Source of the DNA: Escherichia phage phiWec181
Sequence record: LC739534.1
DNA: 64,000 nucleotides
Direction: 5' to 3' (one strand)
The translations under genes and the position numbers were made by a program. Positions 42,461-51,570 of this stretch are shown here, piece after piece; within the stretch, counting starts at the first letter, position 1; each line of letters starts with the position of its first letter. The notes below the pieces were generated by a model. The model ran no database searches. It was not told where the DNA came from and saw only the letters and a list, made by a program, of their open reading frames with translations.

Positions 42461-43435
42461 ATGCAACTTGGTTTTCCAATCATTGATGTAGTGGTGTTGG
42501 TAGGTATTCTTGTTCTGTCGATCTGTGTTGACTTTTTTGGTCATCGTGAAAACAAGGAGATCTCTTTCAAATCCGCTGTGGCTTGGTCAGTATTCTGGAT
42601 TGGTGTGTCTTTAGCCTACTACGGTTTTGTATACTTCCAGCACGGCGCAGCTTTTGCAAACTTATTCTTGAGTGGATATGTGTTAGAGAAGTCGCTCTCG
42701 GTAGATAACTTGGTAGTGTTTGTAGCAGTGTTCTCCAGTTTCGGGATTAAGAGCACACACTTACAACACAAAATTCTACTCTGGGGTATTGCAGGTGCGA
42801 TTGTCTTCCGAGGTGTGTTTGTAGCAGCAGGGACTTATCTGCTAAGTTTGGGTTGGTTTGTTAATATCATCTTCGGTGCTGTTATCCTGTTCTGTGCTTT
42901 TAAAATGGTAATGGCTGGCGGTGATGATGAAGAAGTGGATTACTCTAAACATTGGGCGACACGCTTTGTACGTAAACTATTCCCAGTATCGGATCAGATG
43001 GATGGCGAGAAGTTCTTCACAATTAAGAATGGTGTTCGTGTAGCAACTCCGGCTCTGGTTTGTGTGTTCGTGATGGAAATGGTGGATGTGATCTTTGCAG
43101 TAGACTCGGTTCCGGCTGTAATTGCAGTGACACAAGAACCACTGCTTGTATTCTCTTCGATGCTCTGTGCAATCTTAGGCTTACGTGCTCTGTTCTTTGT
43201 TCTTAGTGTGGCCCTGAAGTATCTGGTTCACCTGGAAAAAGCAGTTATCGCAGTCCTGGTGTTTGTTGGTGTGAAACTGATGTATCACCCGTTTGCAGAA
43301 ACGCTGCACGCAAAAGTGAGCTTCCTGCCAGCGCATATTGACCCGACGATCAGCATGTATATCGTGCTTGGTACTCTGACCCTGGGCGTGATTGCAAGTT
43401 TCATCTTCCCTGAAAAAGAAGAAGCTACCGCTTAA
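42461..43435 (+). CDS. TerC-family integral membrane protein (324 aa)
   Basis: Multi-pass hydrophobic translation with YVLEKSLSVDNLVVF, which I recognise as the TerC signature. Confidence 0.7.
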   Translation: MQLGFPIIDVVVLVGILVLSICVDFFGHRENKEISFKSAVAWSVFWIGVSLAYYGFVYFQHGAAFANLFLSGYVLEKSLSVDNLVVFVAVFSSFGIKSTHLQHKILLWGIAGAIVFRGVFVAAGTYLLSLGWFVNIIFGAVILFCAFKMVMAGGDDEEVDYSKHWATRFVRKLFPVSDQMDGEKFFTIKNGVRVATPALVCVFVMEMVDVIFAVDSVPAVIAVTQEPLLVFSSMLCAILGLRALFFVLSVALKYLVHLEKAVIAVLVFVGVKLMYHPFAETLHAKVSFLPAHIDPTISMYIVLGTLTLGVIASFIFPEKEEATA

Positions 43436-43443
43436 TACCAATG

Positions 43444-43468
43444 AACCTCCTTCGGGAGGTTTCTTACT
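43444..43468 (+). terminator. candidate intrinsic terminator
   Basis: AACCTCC-TTCG-GGAGGTT hairpin followed by TCTT. Confidence 0.5.
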
Positions 43469-43483
43469 AACATAGGAGGAATT

Positions 43484-43834
43484 ATGTCTGTATATTTTGA
43501 CGATGTTCAGGAATATGTTTGGTGTCTTTCTGGCACAATCTCGGAAGTAGAAGCTGCGATTCAAGAGGTTTTTCCTTACGCTTATGTAGAAGTTAAACAG
43601 GCACCTCCTATGGATCTTCCCCCTAATGTGGAAGCTTGTTGTGGTTCCGGCGAGGGTACAGTCATCCCAGTTCTGCGTTACGAACTACAAGCAGCAAGTG
43701 CAAATGTCGATGATATTATTACAGAAATTAAGGCGTATGGTTTCTGGACCTCTCCTTACGCTAAATGGGATAACTCTGACACTTGGGATTTATTCTTCTG
43801 GGATAATGAGACAGATGACGAGGTATTTCTGTAA
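43484..43834 (+). CDS. hypothetical acidic protein (116 aa)
   Basis: RBS AGGAGG. Confidence 0.6.
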   Translation: MSVYFDDVQEYVWCLSGTISEVEAAIQEVFPYAYVEVKQAPPMDLPPNVEACCGSGEGTVIPVLRYELQAASANVDDIITEIKAYGFWTSPYAKWDNSDTWDLFFWDNETDDEVFL

Positions 43835-44076
43835 TGAAAGTTGTTTGGGTTGTGTTTGAAAATATTTGTTTTGCAATAGGTTTGTTCGTCATACTTTTTG
43901 TGTTGACAAACGTGATCAATGGTAGTAAAGTATCCCTATACAAAGACGGGGAGCAGATTTACTGCTTCTCTGGAGATTTCAAACACACCTGTGTTAATAT
44001 GCAGAAAGAAGAAACTCCACACCAGAAGTCAAGAGAAGATTTTGATTGGTGGTCACTACTTAATAACTTAAGATGA
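43834..44076 (+). CDS. membrane-anchored small protein (80 aa)
   Basis: N-terminal hydrophobic helix. Confidence 0.5.
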   Translation: MKVVWVVFENICFAIGLFVILFVLTNVINGSKVSLYKDGEQIYCFSGDFKHTCVNMQKEETPHQKSREDFDWWSLLNNLR

Positions 44077-44085
44077 GGAGAAAAT

Positions 44086-44955
44086 ATGAAAAATATTCAG
44101 CCATTACCTGTAGTTGGGGATTTGTATTTCTTATCTGGTACGGGTTATTCCCCAGAAGCATTAGAAGTTAACAAGAACGTCTTCCGAGTGAAAGAAATAA
44201 GAGAAGAATGTAATGAAATTGTTTTCGAAGGTATTACTAATGGAGTTCTTCAGTATGCAGAGATGCGTAGCTGCTTCCAGCAACCTTTCCGCCCGTTGGC
44301 AGACGAGTATAAGATTGCGGTAAATATTGATGATCTTAAAAAAGAACCAGGGTTCGAAGCGTTCTCTACTTTTATGGAAGATACGTATGTGGATGTAAAG
44401 AGATCTAACCTTTTCGCGGGGGATAATTTCCCTCACTTTGTGTCAGAGAAAAGTGATGGTTTTTCCGACTACGTGGATGCTGTAAACTATGATGTTTCTG
44501 AATTGACAGGAGAGCAGGATTATCTTCTGCTGTCTCCTAAAGATTTCATGCGCGTAATGTATGCCGTAGCCGAACAGAAAAAGAAGAAAGAAAAGCTTGT
44601 AGCCAAAAAAGTTAAAAAGGTTAAAGGTAAACGTGCCAAAGGTGTTCCAGAACGTAAGCGCACCGTAAATAAGGCGACAGTCTTCTTTACCAGCGGTGAG
44701 CAATATACGATCAAAGGTTTTAAAGAAGTGGGTTACACTGCTGGCGGAAACCTTCTGTTCTTCACAGTTGCAGAAGAAGGAGAAACTTTTATCCGTTTTT
44801 CCAATATGTGGGAAATGTCTGTAGAAGATATTAAAAGTGTTGTTGTTTTAGGTGTACATAAGAGTTTCATTATTAATCAAATCTCTGATTTCAGTGCACA
44901 CTTGACAGCACCAGATTTCGAAACTACCACAACAAGCTTTAACTTCAAGGTGTAA
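44086..44955 (+). CDS. hypothetical protein (289 aa) with Lys-rich segment
   Basis: RBS GAGGAG; internal KKKKEKLVAKKVKKVKGKRAK. Confidence 0.65.
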   Translation: MKNIQPLPVVGDLYFLSGTGYSPEALEVNKNVFRVKEIREECNEIVFEGITNGVLQYAEMRSCFQQPFRPLADEYKIAVNIDDLKKEPGFEAFSTFMEDTYVDVKRSNLFAGDNFPHFVSEKSDGFSDYVDAVNYDVSELTGEQDYLLLSPKDFMRVMYAVAEQKKKKEKLVAKKVKKVKGKRAKGVPERKRTVNKATVFFTSGEQYTIKGFKEVGYTAGGNLLFFTVAEEGETFIRFSNMWEMSVEDIKSVVVLGVHKSFIINQISDFSAHLTAPDFETTTTSFNFKV

Positions 44956-44958
44956 TGC

Positions 44959-45549
44959 ATGAATACCGAGAGAGATTTAAAACTCTTGTGGTGGGAAGTG
45001 ATGCAGGAGATCAAGGAGGATTTCCCTGTTTACTACAACATGCTACGTGAAGCTGGATATACGGCTTGCGTTAGGAACAAAGTGAATAACTCTTTCGGTT
45101 GGTGCAACTACCGAGAAAAGATTGTTGTTGTGAATTGGCACTTGCATAAAAACTCCACAAGGGATATGATAGTGGACACAATGAAGCATGAGATTGCTCA
45201 TGCGATCGACGGTTGTATGGGTAAGTTCAGTCGTCATGGACCACACTGGCAAAAGCTGGCAGCAGAGTTGGGAGCCAATCCTAAAGCTACTTCCAAAGAA
45301 CCGTTAAACCATGAGTACAAATATGTTCTTGTTTTGGTGGACAGATTTGCCACAAGATGTGTTAGAGGGTATAATCGTAAACCTAACCGTATGACTCCAG
45401 GGAAACAACCACATATTTGGTTGAAGAGTGATAAAGAGGGGACAGAAGGAAAAATATGGTTGTATAAATGGGAAGATTGGGTTAAAGTAGCTAAAGAATA
45501 TGGTGTTTCACCTTACACAAGAGAAATAGAAGAGGAGAATGAAGAATGA
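44959..45549 (+). CDS. SprT-like zinc metalloprotease-motif protein (196 aa)
   Basis: HEIAHAI (HExxH) preceded by conserved Cys/Trp region. Confidence 0.5.
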   Translation: MNTERDLKLLWWEVMQEIKEDFPVYYNMLREAGYTACVRNKVNNSFGWCNYREKIVVVNWHLHKNSTRDMIVDTMKHEIAHAIDGCMGKFSRHGPHWQKLAAELGANPKATSKEPLNHEYKYVLVLVDRFATRCVRGYNRKPNRMTPGKQPHIWLKSDKEGTEGKIWLYKWEDWVKVAKEYGVSPYTREIEEENEE

Positions 45550-46658
45550 CAAGTCCATTTTTGAAAGCGGCAACTGGTGGTCAAAAGAAATCTGAAACGA
45601 GTGTACTGACTGCTACTACAGATGCAAGCAAGTCCGTGTTCGCTCCGAGTGTCCTGGATGCAAGTCCAGTGTATGCTCCAGCAGCGCCAAAAGCTGTGCC
45701 TACCTTGCCAACAATGTCTCGTAAAGAGATTGAAGAAGTGGGTGCAGAAGCAGGTTTAACTCTCCGCACGCTGAATGCCGAAGTGTTAAAGCACCAACGT
45801 AGCAATCAAGGCGATGAAATGAGCCAACGCCTTACCGCGCTGATTAAACAAGCCAAACAGCTTGATCCTGCTTCTATCAAGCAGAGCAAAGGTGTAGGCA
45901 AACTTATCAAGAAACTGATGGGTATGAAGGAAGATCTGTTCGGGGAATTCGATAATGTGAACAACCGTATCGAAGAACTCGTTAAGAATCTTCAGATGGA
46001 TATTCGTAAAGAAGAAGATTCTCTGGTGTACCTGGAGAAGCTGCACCAGGCGATCGGACAGTACGCCGCAAGCCTGAATCGTGATATGGAATTACTCACA
46101 GCAGCTTATGAGCAAGAACTGGCTAACTTTGAAGCTACGCCAGAAGATGACGTAGAAGCCCGTCAACGCGTCCGTGACACGCTTGATCTTCTGGAGATAC
46201 GTATTGCTGACTTGAAGGCATTACGCTTGCTGTGCGTGCAAATGGGGCCGCGTGTATTGGGTATGCAGAAAGTATCTGCCAGCCTCATGCGTTCTGCTCG
46301 TAATATTGTGAACAATGTGATTCCTGCTTACTCGGCAAACTTCTCGATGTATATTGAAAGTCTGCGCCAGAAGAAAGCAGCAGAAACACAGAACAACGTT
46401 CTGGACGAGTTCAACCTGGCAATCAAACTGGGTAGCGATCTTGCCACACAGAACCAGATCGAAGCAGCAGCACTGGCTAACCGCCAAGTGTTGGATATCG
46501 AAACTCTGCGTCACGATCAGGAGAACTTGGTTAAGATGTTGGAAGAAACTAACCGCATCAATACGGAAGCCCGTGCTGCCCGTGTTGATTACATCAATGA
46601 AGTTCAATCTCTCGAAGATGGGATGGTTGACGCTGTTAAGAAGGGGTTGGGTAAATGA
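45546..46658 (+). CDS. coiled-coil protein (370 aa), possibly TelA-like
   Basis: Long helical, heptad-rich translation; TelA guess rests on size and Ter neighbourhood only. Confidence 0.6.
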   Translation: MTSPFLKAATGGQKKSETSVLTATTDASKSVFAPSVLDASPVYAPAAPKAVPTLPTMSRKEIEEVGAEAGLTLRTLNAEVLKHQRSNQGDEMSQRLTALIKQAKQLDPASIKQSKGVGKLIKKLMGMKEDLFGEFDNVNNRIEELVKNLQMDIRKEEDSLVYLEKLHQAIGQYAASLNRDMELLTAAYEQELANFEATPEDDVEARQRVRDTLDLLEIRIADLKALRLLCVQMGPRVLGMQKVSASLMRSARNIVNNVIPAYSANFSMYIESLRQKKAAETQNNVLDEFNLAIKLGSDLATQNQIEAAALANRQVLDIETLRHDQENLVKMLEETNRINTEARAARVDYINEVQSLEDGMVDAVKKGLGK

Positions 46659-46861
46659 GAATCCGTGTATACATGCTTGACGAACAAGCTGGAGAAATAG
46701 GTGTTCGTTATGATGAAGAGAAACGCTTTGCCCCAATGACCCAGCTACAAACTCCAGATATTTTTGCAGCTTGTCGTGACGGATATATCTATGAAGGTTG
46801 TCGCAACTTTGGCAGATTTAAAGTTATTTCTGATGTGGAATTTAACGAGGAGGAAGAATGA
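46655..46861 (+). CDS. hypothetical protein (68 aa)
   Basis: ATGA overlap. Confidence 0.5.
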   Translation: MRIRVYMLDEQAGEIGVRYDEEKRFAPMTQLQTPDIFAACRDGYIYEGCRNFGRFKVISDVEFNEEEE

Positions 46862-47028
46862 AAACATTGCGTGTGAACATCGAAACTACCTGGCGAGATT
46901 TCGAGGTTGTTGATATTGAGATTGAAGACGATATGTCTCAAGAAGATATCGAAGATCTTGCAAAAGAAACATTTCAGGACTATTGTAATTACGGGTTCCA
47001 TATTTTAGGGGAGGAAGAAGATGTTTAA
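46858..47028 (+). CDS. hypothetical acidic protein (56 aa)
   Basis: Below ORF-track cutoff; ATG overlaps previous stop; RBS GAGGAGG. Confidence 0.4.
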   Translation: MKTLRVNIETTWRDFEVVDIEIEDDMSQEDIEDLAKETFQDYCNYGFHILGEEEDV

Positions 47029-47419
47029 ACACACAAACGTAAACTTGAAATTAACAGTAACAGATCCGACTCTTTTCATCAATCTTACAAGCGGGGAAGT
47101 TTATGAAGTTATCACAGACGAGGATGGTTCTTGCTTCCTTAAAGGTTATTATCTCTGTGAATCTGATGAGTTGGTATCTATTATCACCTTGGGAGAATAC
47201 GAAGAACCAGGCTTCCGTGTGGAGGTTGTTAAGAATCCCGATATTATCCAGTTGACTCGCCAAGAACTGATCACAATCATGGAAGACGCTTTTATTGATG
47301 GATGGAAGACTCAAAACTATGATTGGAGTGGCCCAGAAGACTTCCTGCGTCTTCATAAAGAGTATGACGATTCCAGCGAAACTACTATTGCCATTGATAG
47401 TATTAAGGCTGGTGTGTAA
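47021..47419 (+). CDS. hypothetical protein (132 aa)
   Basis: RBS GGAGGAAGAAG. Confidence 0.6.
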   Translation: MFKHTNVNLKLTVTDPTLFINLTSGEVYEVITDEDGSCFLKGYYLCESDELVSIITLGEYEEPGFRVEVVKNPDIIQLTRQELITIMEDAFIDGWKTQNYDWSGPEDFLRLHKEYDDSSETTIAIDSIKAGV

Positions 47420-47488
47420 TGAAAAGTGTTGACAACAATCTCCATAAGATGGATAATACCTCCATCGAAAAAACGGGAGGAGATAAGA

Positions 47489-47761
47489 ATGTTTGATTTT
47501 AAAATAAAGGATTCAAAACCCCAAGATGTAGCAGTTCGTTTCGAAGAGTTGGGGATTGGTGAAACTTTCATGTATTATTCAGCATATGAAGAAAATGGTT
47601 TGGATACATTTGCAAACTTAGTATTCCTTAAAAGCGGCGGCGCGACTGCTGTTTGTTTGAATAGTTCATCAAGAGGGAGTGTCCATACCGTATCCCCAGA
47701 TGTGCCGATGGTTGCAGTTCGTTTAGTAGTTACTGATATTACACTTACAGAGGAGAAATAA
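47489..47761 (+). CDS. hypothetical protein (90 aa), paralog of 48783-49064
   Basis: ATG 47489 with GGGAGGAG RBS; both paralogs sit immediately upstream of a TerD-type gene. Confidence 0.55.
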   Translation: MFDFKIKDSKPQDVAVRFEELGIGETFMYYSAYEENGLDTFANLVFLKSGGATAVCLNSSSRGSVHTVSPDVPMVAVRLVVTDITLTEEK

Positions 47762-47762
47762 T

Positions 47763-48563
47763 ATGTCCAATAAAATTAGCCTGAAGAAACGCCAAGACAC
47801 CCTGACCATTTCACTGAAGAAAAAGAAAATTGTCAACGAAGATCAAAAGATCGTTCTGCGTGTTGCAAGCGCACTGGATATCTCCGGCAGCATGTCCAGC
47901 CTGTATCGTAACGGTACTGTAAGTGAGTTTGTTGGTAAGCTGCTTCCGTTTGGTATGCTGTTCGATGATAACGCGCAGATCGATATGTGGGCTTTCAACA
48001 ATAGCTCTCGTGAAATCACTCCAGCAACTGCTGATGTGTATGATGATTACGTTGGTAAATGCATTAATGGTCGTGTAACAGTCCAGGGTGGCACAAGCTA
48101 TGCACCTGTTATGCAGGATATTTACGATTCCTACTTCGGTAGCACCACTAAATATGAAACTGTAGAAACCCCTGTAACCAAAGAAGTTCCTAAGAAAGGT
48201 TTCTTCAACCGTTTACTGGGTAAAACCGAAACTGTAGAAGCTATTGTAGAAAAAACTGTAGCCGTTGCTGTGCCTGGTGTAGACGTTACTCCGGCAGTTG
48301 TGTTCTTCCAGACAGATGGAGAGAACGATGATCCGAGCCGTGTACTCTCCGTACTGGAAAAGAACAAGGGTAAACCTATTTACTGGTTCATGGTGGGTGT
48401 TGGTAGTGCTCGTTTCTCTTTCCTGAAAGATTTGGCTGAAGCTTACGACAACGTAGCATTCATTGGTCTGAACGATCTTTCCTTGACAGACGAGCAGCTT
48501 TACGATAAACTCTTGTCTGAAGAGTTCGGTGAGTGGGTTGAAAAGGTTGGTGCTAAGAAATGA
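47763..48563 (+). CDS. vWA-domain protein with TerD-like N-terminal leader (266 aa)
   Basis: MIDAS-like DISGSM; GGTSYAPV; VVFFQTDGEND; N-terminus KISLKK...ISLKKK like the TerD gene. Confidence 0.65.
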   Translation: MSNKISLKKRQDTLTISLKKKKIVNEDQKIVLRVASALDISGSMSSLYRNGTVSEFVGKLLPFGMLFDDNAQIDMWAFNNSSREITPATADVYDDYVGKCINGRVTVQGGTSYAPVMQDIYDSYFGSTTKYETVETPVTKEVPKKGFFNRLLGKTETVEAIVEKTVAVAVPGVDVTPAVVFFQTDGENDDPSRVLSVLEKNKGKPIYWFMVGVGSARFSFLKDLAEAYDNVAFIGLNDLSLTDEQLYDKLLSEEFGEWVEKVGAKK

Positions 48564-48802
48564 TCGACACGCTGATCTCTCAAACGGTGTTGCAAGTGAT
48601 GCGTGAGAGAGAAGCTTTCATCATGAAGGGTCTTAAAGATTATTTTGGGACTCTTTCTTTGGAAGAACTCAAACTACGCGTTGAGATCCATGCGTATCCT
48701 TCTTATGAAGAATGGATTGACAAAGCAAATAAAGCTGTTATAATGCGTATCAACAAACCAGAAATCACGACAGGAGGACAAGATGTTAAATTTCGCCATT
48801 AA
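48560..48802 (+). CDS. hypothetical protein (80 aa)
   Basis: ATGA overlap. Confidence 0.5.
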   Translation: MIDTLISQTVLQVMREREAFIMKGLKDYFGTLSLEELKLRVEIHAYPSYEEWIDKANKAVIMRINKPEITTGGQDVKFRH

Positions 48803-49064
48803 GAAAGATAGCAAACCAAAGATTCAGACTTGTCGCATTGCAAATCTTACACATGGTGATTTGTTTGTTCTGAAAAGTGCCTACGACGAAGACGGTCTTG
48901 ATCCAGAAGCAGTCGTCGTTTATATGGTGTTGCGGCGAGATGAAGACACCAAGCACCCATACAATGCGGTAGAGATGAATTACAATGCAATGTTGTGCTC
49001 AATACACTATACGGCAGAGTTGGTGCAGGTAGAGTTAACAGTTAACGAAATTAAACTTAAATAA
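48783..49064 (+). CDS. hypothetical protein (93 aa), paralog of 47489-47761
   Basis: RBS CAGGAGGA. Confidence 0.55.
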   Translation: MLNFAIKKDSKPKIQTCRIANLTHGDLFVLKSAYDEDGLDPEAVVVYMVLRRDEDTKHPYNAVEMNYNAMLCSIHYTAELVQVELTVNEIKLK

Positions 49065-49079
49065 TAGAGGAGACACATA

Positions 49080-49682
49080 ATGAGCGATAAAATTTCCCTG
49101 AAAAAAGGTTCCACCGAGAAGATTTCCCTGAAGAAAGTTGCTCCGGCACTGAAAGAACTGCGTCTGGAGTTCTCCTGGAAATCAAACTCTAAACTGGATC
49201 TGGATGTAAGCGCACTTGTATGCCGACACAACGCCTCTGGCAACCCTGAAATGCTGTCTGCACGTCATCTGGTTTGTTATGCTAACAAGTTTGATCCAGA
49301 ACGTTCTGTATTCGCAGGTGATGATGTTCGTGACGGTACTGGTCAAATGGAACAAATCGATGTAACCTTGGCTAAGATCTCCGATAAAGCCGAAGAGATT
49401 GCTTTTGTCCTAACTATTGATGATGAAACGGGTCAGAAACGTCTGGGTCACGCTACTGAAGGTATGCTGAAGATCTTTGATGCCGAGCGTAACGTTGAGA
49501 TCCTGGACTTCGACTTCTTGGCTCCTGAAGTGGCTGGTAATACCATCTGCCACGTAGCTTCCCTGGTTCGTGAAGACGGTGAATGGAAACTGAAAGCTTA
49601 CGGTGTTGGTAAAGCAGGTATGGATATCTGTGATGTGGTTATGGCCTTCGGTGGTCAGAAAGAATGGTACGATTGCCCGTAA
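49080..49682 (+). CDS. TerD-domain protein (200 aa)
   Basis: Translation aligns by eye to E. coli TerD: ISLKKG, DLDVSAL, GDDVRDGTG, IAFVLTIDD, REDGEWKLKAYGVG. Confidence 0.8.
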   Translation: MSDKISLKKGSTEKISLKKVAPALKELRLEFSWKSNSKLDLDVSALVCRHNASGNPEMLSARHLVCYANKFDPERSVFAGDDVRDGTGQMEQIDVTLAKISDKAEEIAFVLTIDDETGQKRLGHATEGMLKIFDAERNVEILDFDFLAPEVAGNTICHVASLVREDGEWKLKAYGVGKAGMDICDVVMAFGGQKEWYDCP

Positions 49683-49779
49683 GATTTAACTGAAATGTTG
49701 TTGGGGGAGAAATCCCCCATTGCAAAAACGCCTCTCATGTGTTATACTGGTAGTTCATTCACCCAAAAGGAGGCAAAAT

Positions 49780-50301
49780 TTGCTGATAAAAAACTTTGTA
49801 ACAGTTGCGTTACTATCCTTAACTGCTTTTACATTTACACCTGTCACGGCAACCGCCGAAGCTGCAAACGTAAAGACTGCTAAAGTAGTTCACAAATGTG
49901 CAAAGCAAGATACTAAAGAAAATCTCTTGGCTTGTGCAATTTACGCTGAAAGTCGTAATCAGGGTAAACGTGGGATGTATGCTGTAGGTAATGTAGTATT
50001 GAACAGGAAAGGTGATGATTACTTCCCTGATAATATTAAAGATATTCTCTTCCAACGAGGACAATTCTCTTACAGGAAGAAGTTTAACGTTACCGAAGCA
50101 GAGCGATGGAAAGAAGCTAAAGCTATCGCAAAACGACTTATATACCTGGATACACACTTCCCTACACTTAGAGAAGCCCAGGACATGACAAAAGGTGCGA
50201 CATTTTTTAAGAAAGTAAAAACCCGTGCACACTGGACAAAAGATATGGTCTTAGTGTATCGTTATAAAGAACATCAGTTCTACCTACCGACAAGGAGCTA
50301 A
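49780..50301 (+). CDS. SleB/CwlJ-like cell-wall hydrolase with signal peptide (~173 aa)
   Basis: LLACAIYAESRNQG...AVGNVVLNR motif; TTG start 49780 after AAAGGAGG gives a signal peptide, whereas ATG 49720 has no RBS. Confidence 0.65.
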   Translation: MLIKNFVTVALLSLTAFTFTPVTATAEAANVKTAKVVHKCAKQDTKENLLACAIYAESRNQGKRGMYAVGNVVLNRKGDDYFPDNIKDILFQRGQFSYRKKFNVTEAERWKEAKAIAKRLIYLDTHFPTLREAQDMTKGATFFKKVKTRAHWTKDMVLVYRYKEHQFYLPTRS

Positions 50302-50302
50302 T

Positions 50303-50587
50303 ATGCGAGAAGATAATACTGTTGTTGTTGCGAGCTATCTCGTTATCGGTTTAACCGAAGAAGATGTGTACTACATTCGTAAAGGTTTGGAAGCTTACGC
50401 TACCCTCTTCATGGAAGACGAAAGCGATGTTGATAAATATTCCGTGGAGTTGATCAACGACAGTATTTATCCTTGCATAGCTCTTAAAGTAGATGCTGTT
50501 CTGTGGGAGCGTTTTGCAAGAAGTCACGATGCTATTGAATCTTCAATGGTTATGACACAAAACAACATTTTGGGGGTGATTCACTAA
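50303..50587 (+). CDS. hypothetical acidic protein (94 aa)
   Basis: RBS AAGGAG. Confidence 0.55.
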   Translation: MREDNTVVVASYLVIGLTEEDVYYIRKGLEAYATLFMEDESDVDKYSVELINDSIYPCIALKVDAVLWERFARSHDAIESSMVMTQNNILGVIH

Positions 50588-50817
50588 TGGCAGATATCAT
50601 TGAGGTAAACTTCCGTACTCGGAAGAAAGTAGAGAAATATACAATATTGAAAAGTGTTTGCGTTGTTTGTTTCAATAGTGTAATCTACGATTCAAGAAAG
50701 GGCGAAGACGGTAATGAGCCGTATATCGAACTGTCAAAGGGCAACGGTAGTTGCATTTGTAAAGCTTGTGCTGTTCAGATTAAGGGGGTTGTTGATGAAA
50801 ACGAATGGGATAAATAA
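50587..50817 (+). CDS. small zinc-ribbon protein (76 aa)
   Basis: CVVC...CICKAC Cys pairs. Confidence 0.5.
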   Translation: MADIIEVNFRTRKKVEKYTILKSVCVVCFNSVIYDSRKGEDGNEPYIELSKGNGSCICKACAVQIKGVVDENEWDK

Positions 50818-50989
50818 TACAGGGGAACTTTCTCTTGAGAACGTAACAAACGACAAACTGATTAAAATGCGAGATGTAGCTTTGGATCATCTCCAAGACT
50901 CCTTCAAGGAATATATGGAAGCACGGGATCGTGTGCTTGAGATTCGTCAAGCAATGGTTAAACGCGGAATGGTGGTGGATTCTAAATAA
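50795..50989 (+). CDS. hypothetical protein (64 aa)
   Basis: ATG 50795 with AAGGGGG RBS (ORF-track 50714 start judged over-extended). Confidence 0.4.
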   Translation: MKTNGINNTGELSLENVTNDKLIKMRDVALDHLQDSFKEYMEARDRVLEIRQAMVKRGMVVDSK

Positions 50990-50998
50990 GGGGTCAGT

Positions 50999-51562
50999 AT
51001 GATTTATTATATTACCCCCTATCTAAGTGGAGATATCGGCAAAGCAATTAACGATGCTATTGCCGTTCTTCACGAAGATAGTTGGGTCTGTTTACGTGAT
51101 ATCGATACCATGTTCTTACTGCCAGACCAACCTTCTATGTTGGAAGATTTGGTAGCAACCAATCCACCGTTTGATGTGATCGGTGCGTCTTGTAATCGTT
51201 TAGGTAGTGGTTATCAACTTCTCGGTGGAAAGATTGATGATGATCCTAACATTCTGAACCATATTTCTCATGCCAAAGTTGCTCGTGATTACTATGGTGA
51301 TGAAATTGAAGAAGTCCCACAAGGCACTCCCTTAGCAGGTTTCTTTCTATTGTTCAGGAAATCATTATGGAAGGAGATCCCTTTTGAAGAACGTACCATC
51401 CAGTTCGATATAATCTTCTCAAACACTTTACATGAACGAGGAAAAAGGTTAGGATTGATGCGTGGGATGTATCTCTTCCATATTTACCGTTTAGGTCAAA
51501 AAGATCCTCAACGGGCAATATCACACCTTATGCATTGTCATGATCACCGGAAAACTATTTAG
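50999..51562 (+). CDS. glycosyltransferase-like protein (187 aa)
   Basis: DxD-like CLRDIDTMF; tandem with three other glycosyltransferases. Confidence 0.45.
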   Translation: MIYYITPYLSGDIGKAINDAIAVLHEDSWVCLRDIDTMFLLPDQPSMLEDLVATNPPFDVIGASCNRLGSGYQLLGGKIDDDPNILNHISHAKVARDYYGDEIEEVPQGTPLAGFFLLFRKSLWKEIPFEERTIQFDIIFSNTLHERGKRLGLMRGMYLFHIYRLGQKDPQRAISHLMHCHDHRKTI

Positions 51563-51570
51563 GGGGAAAG

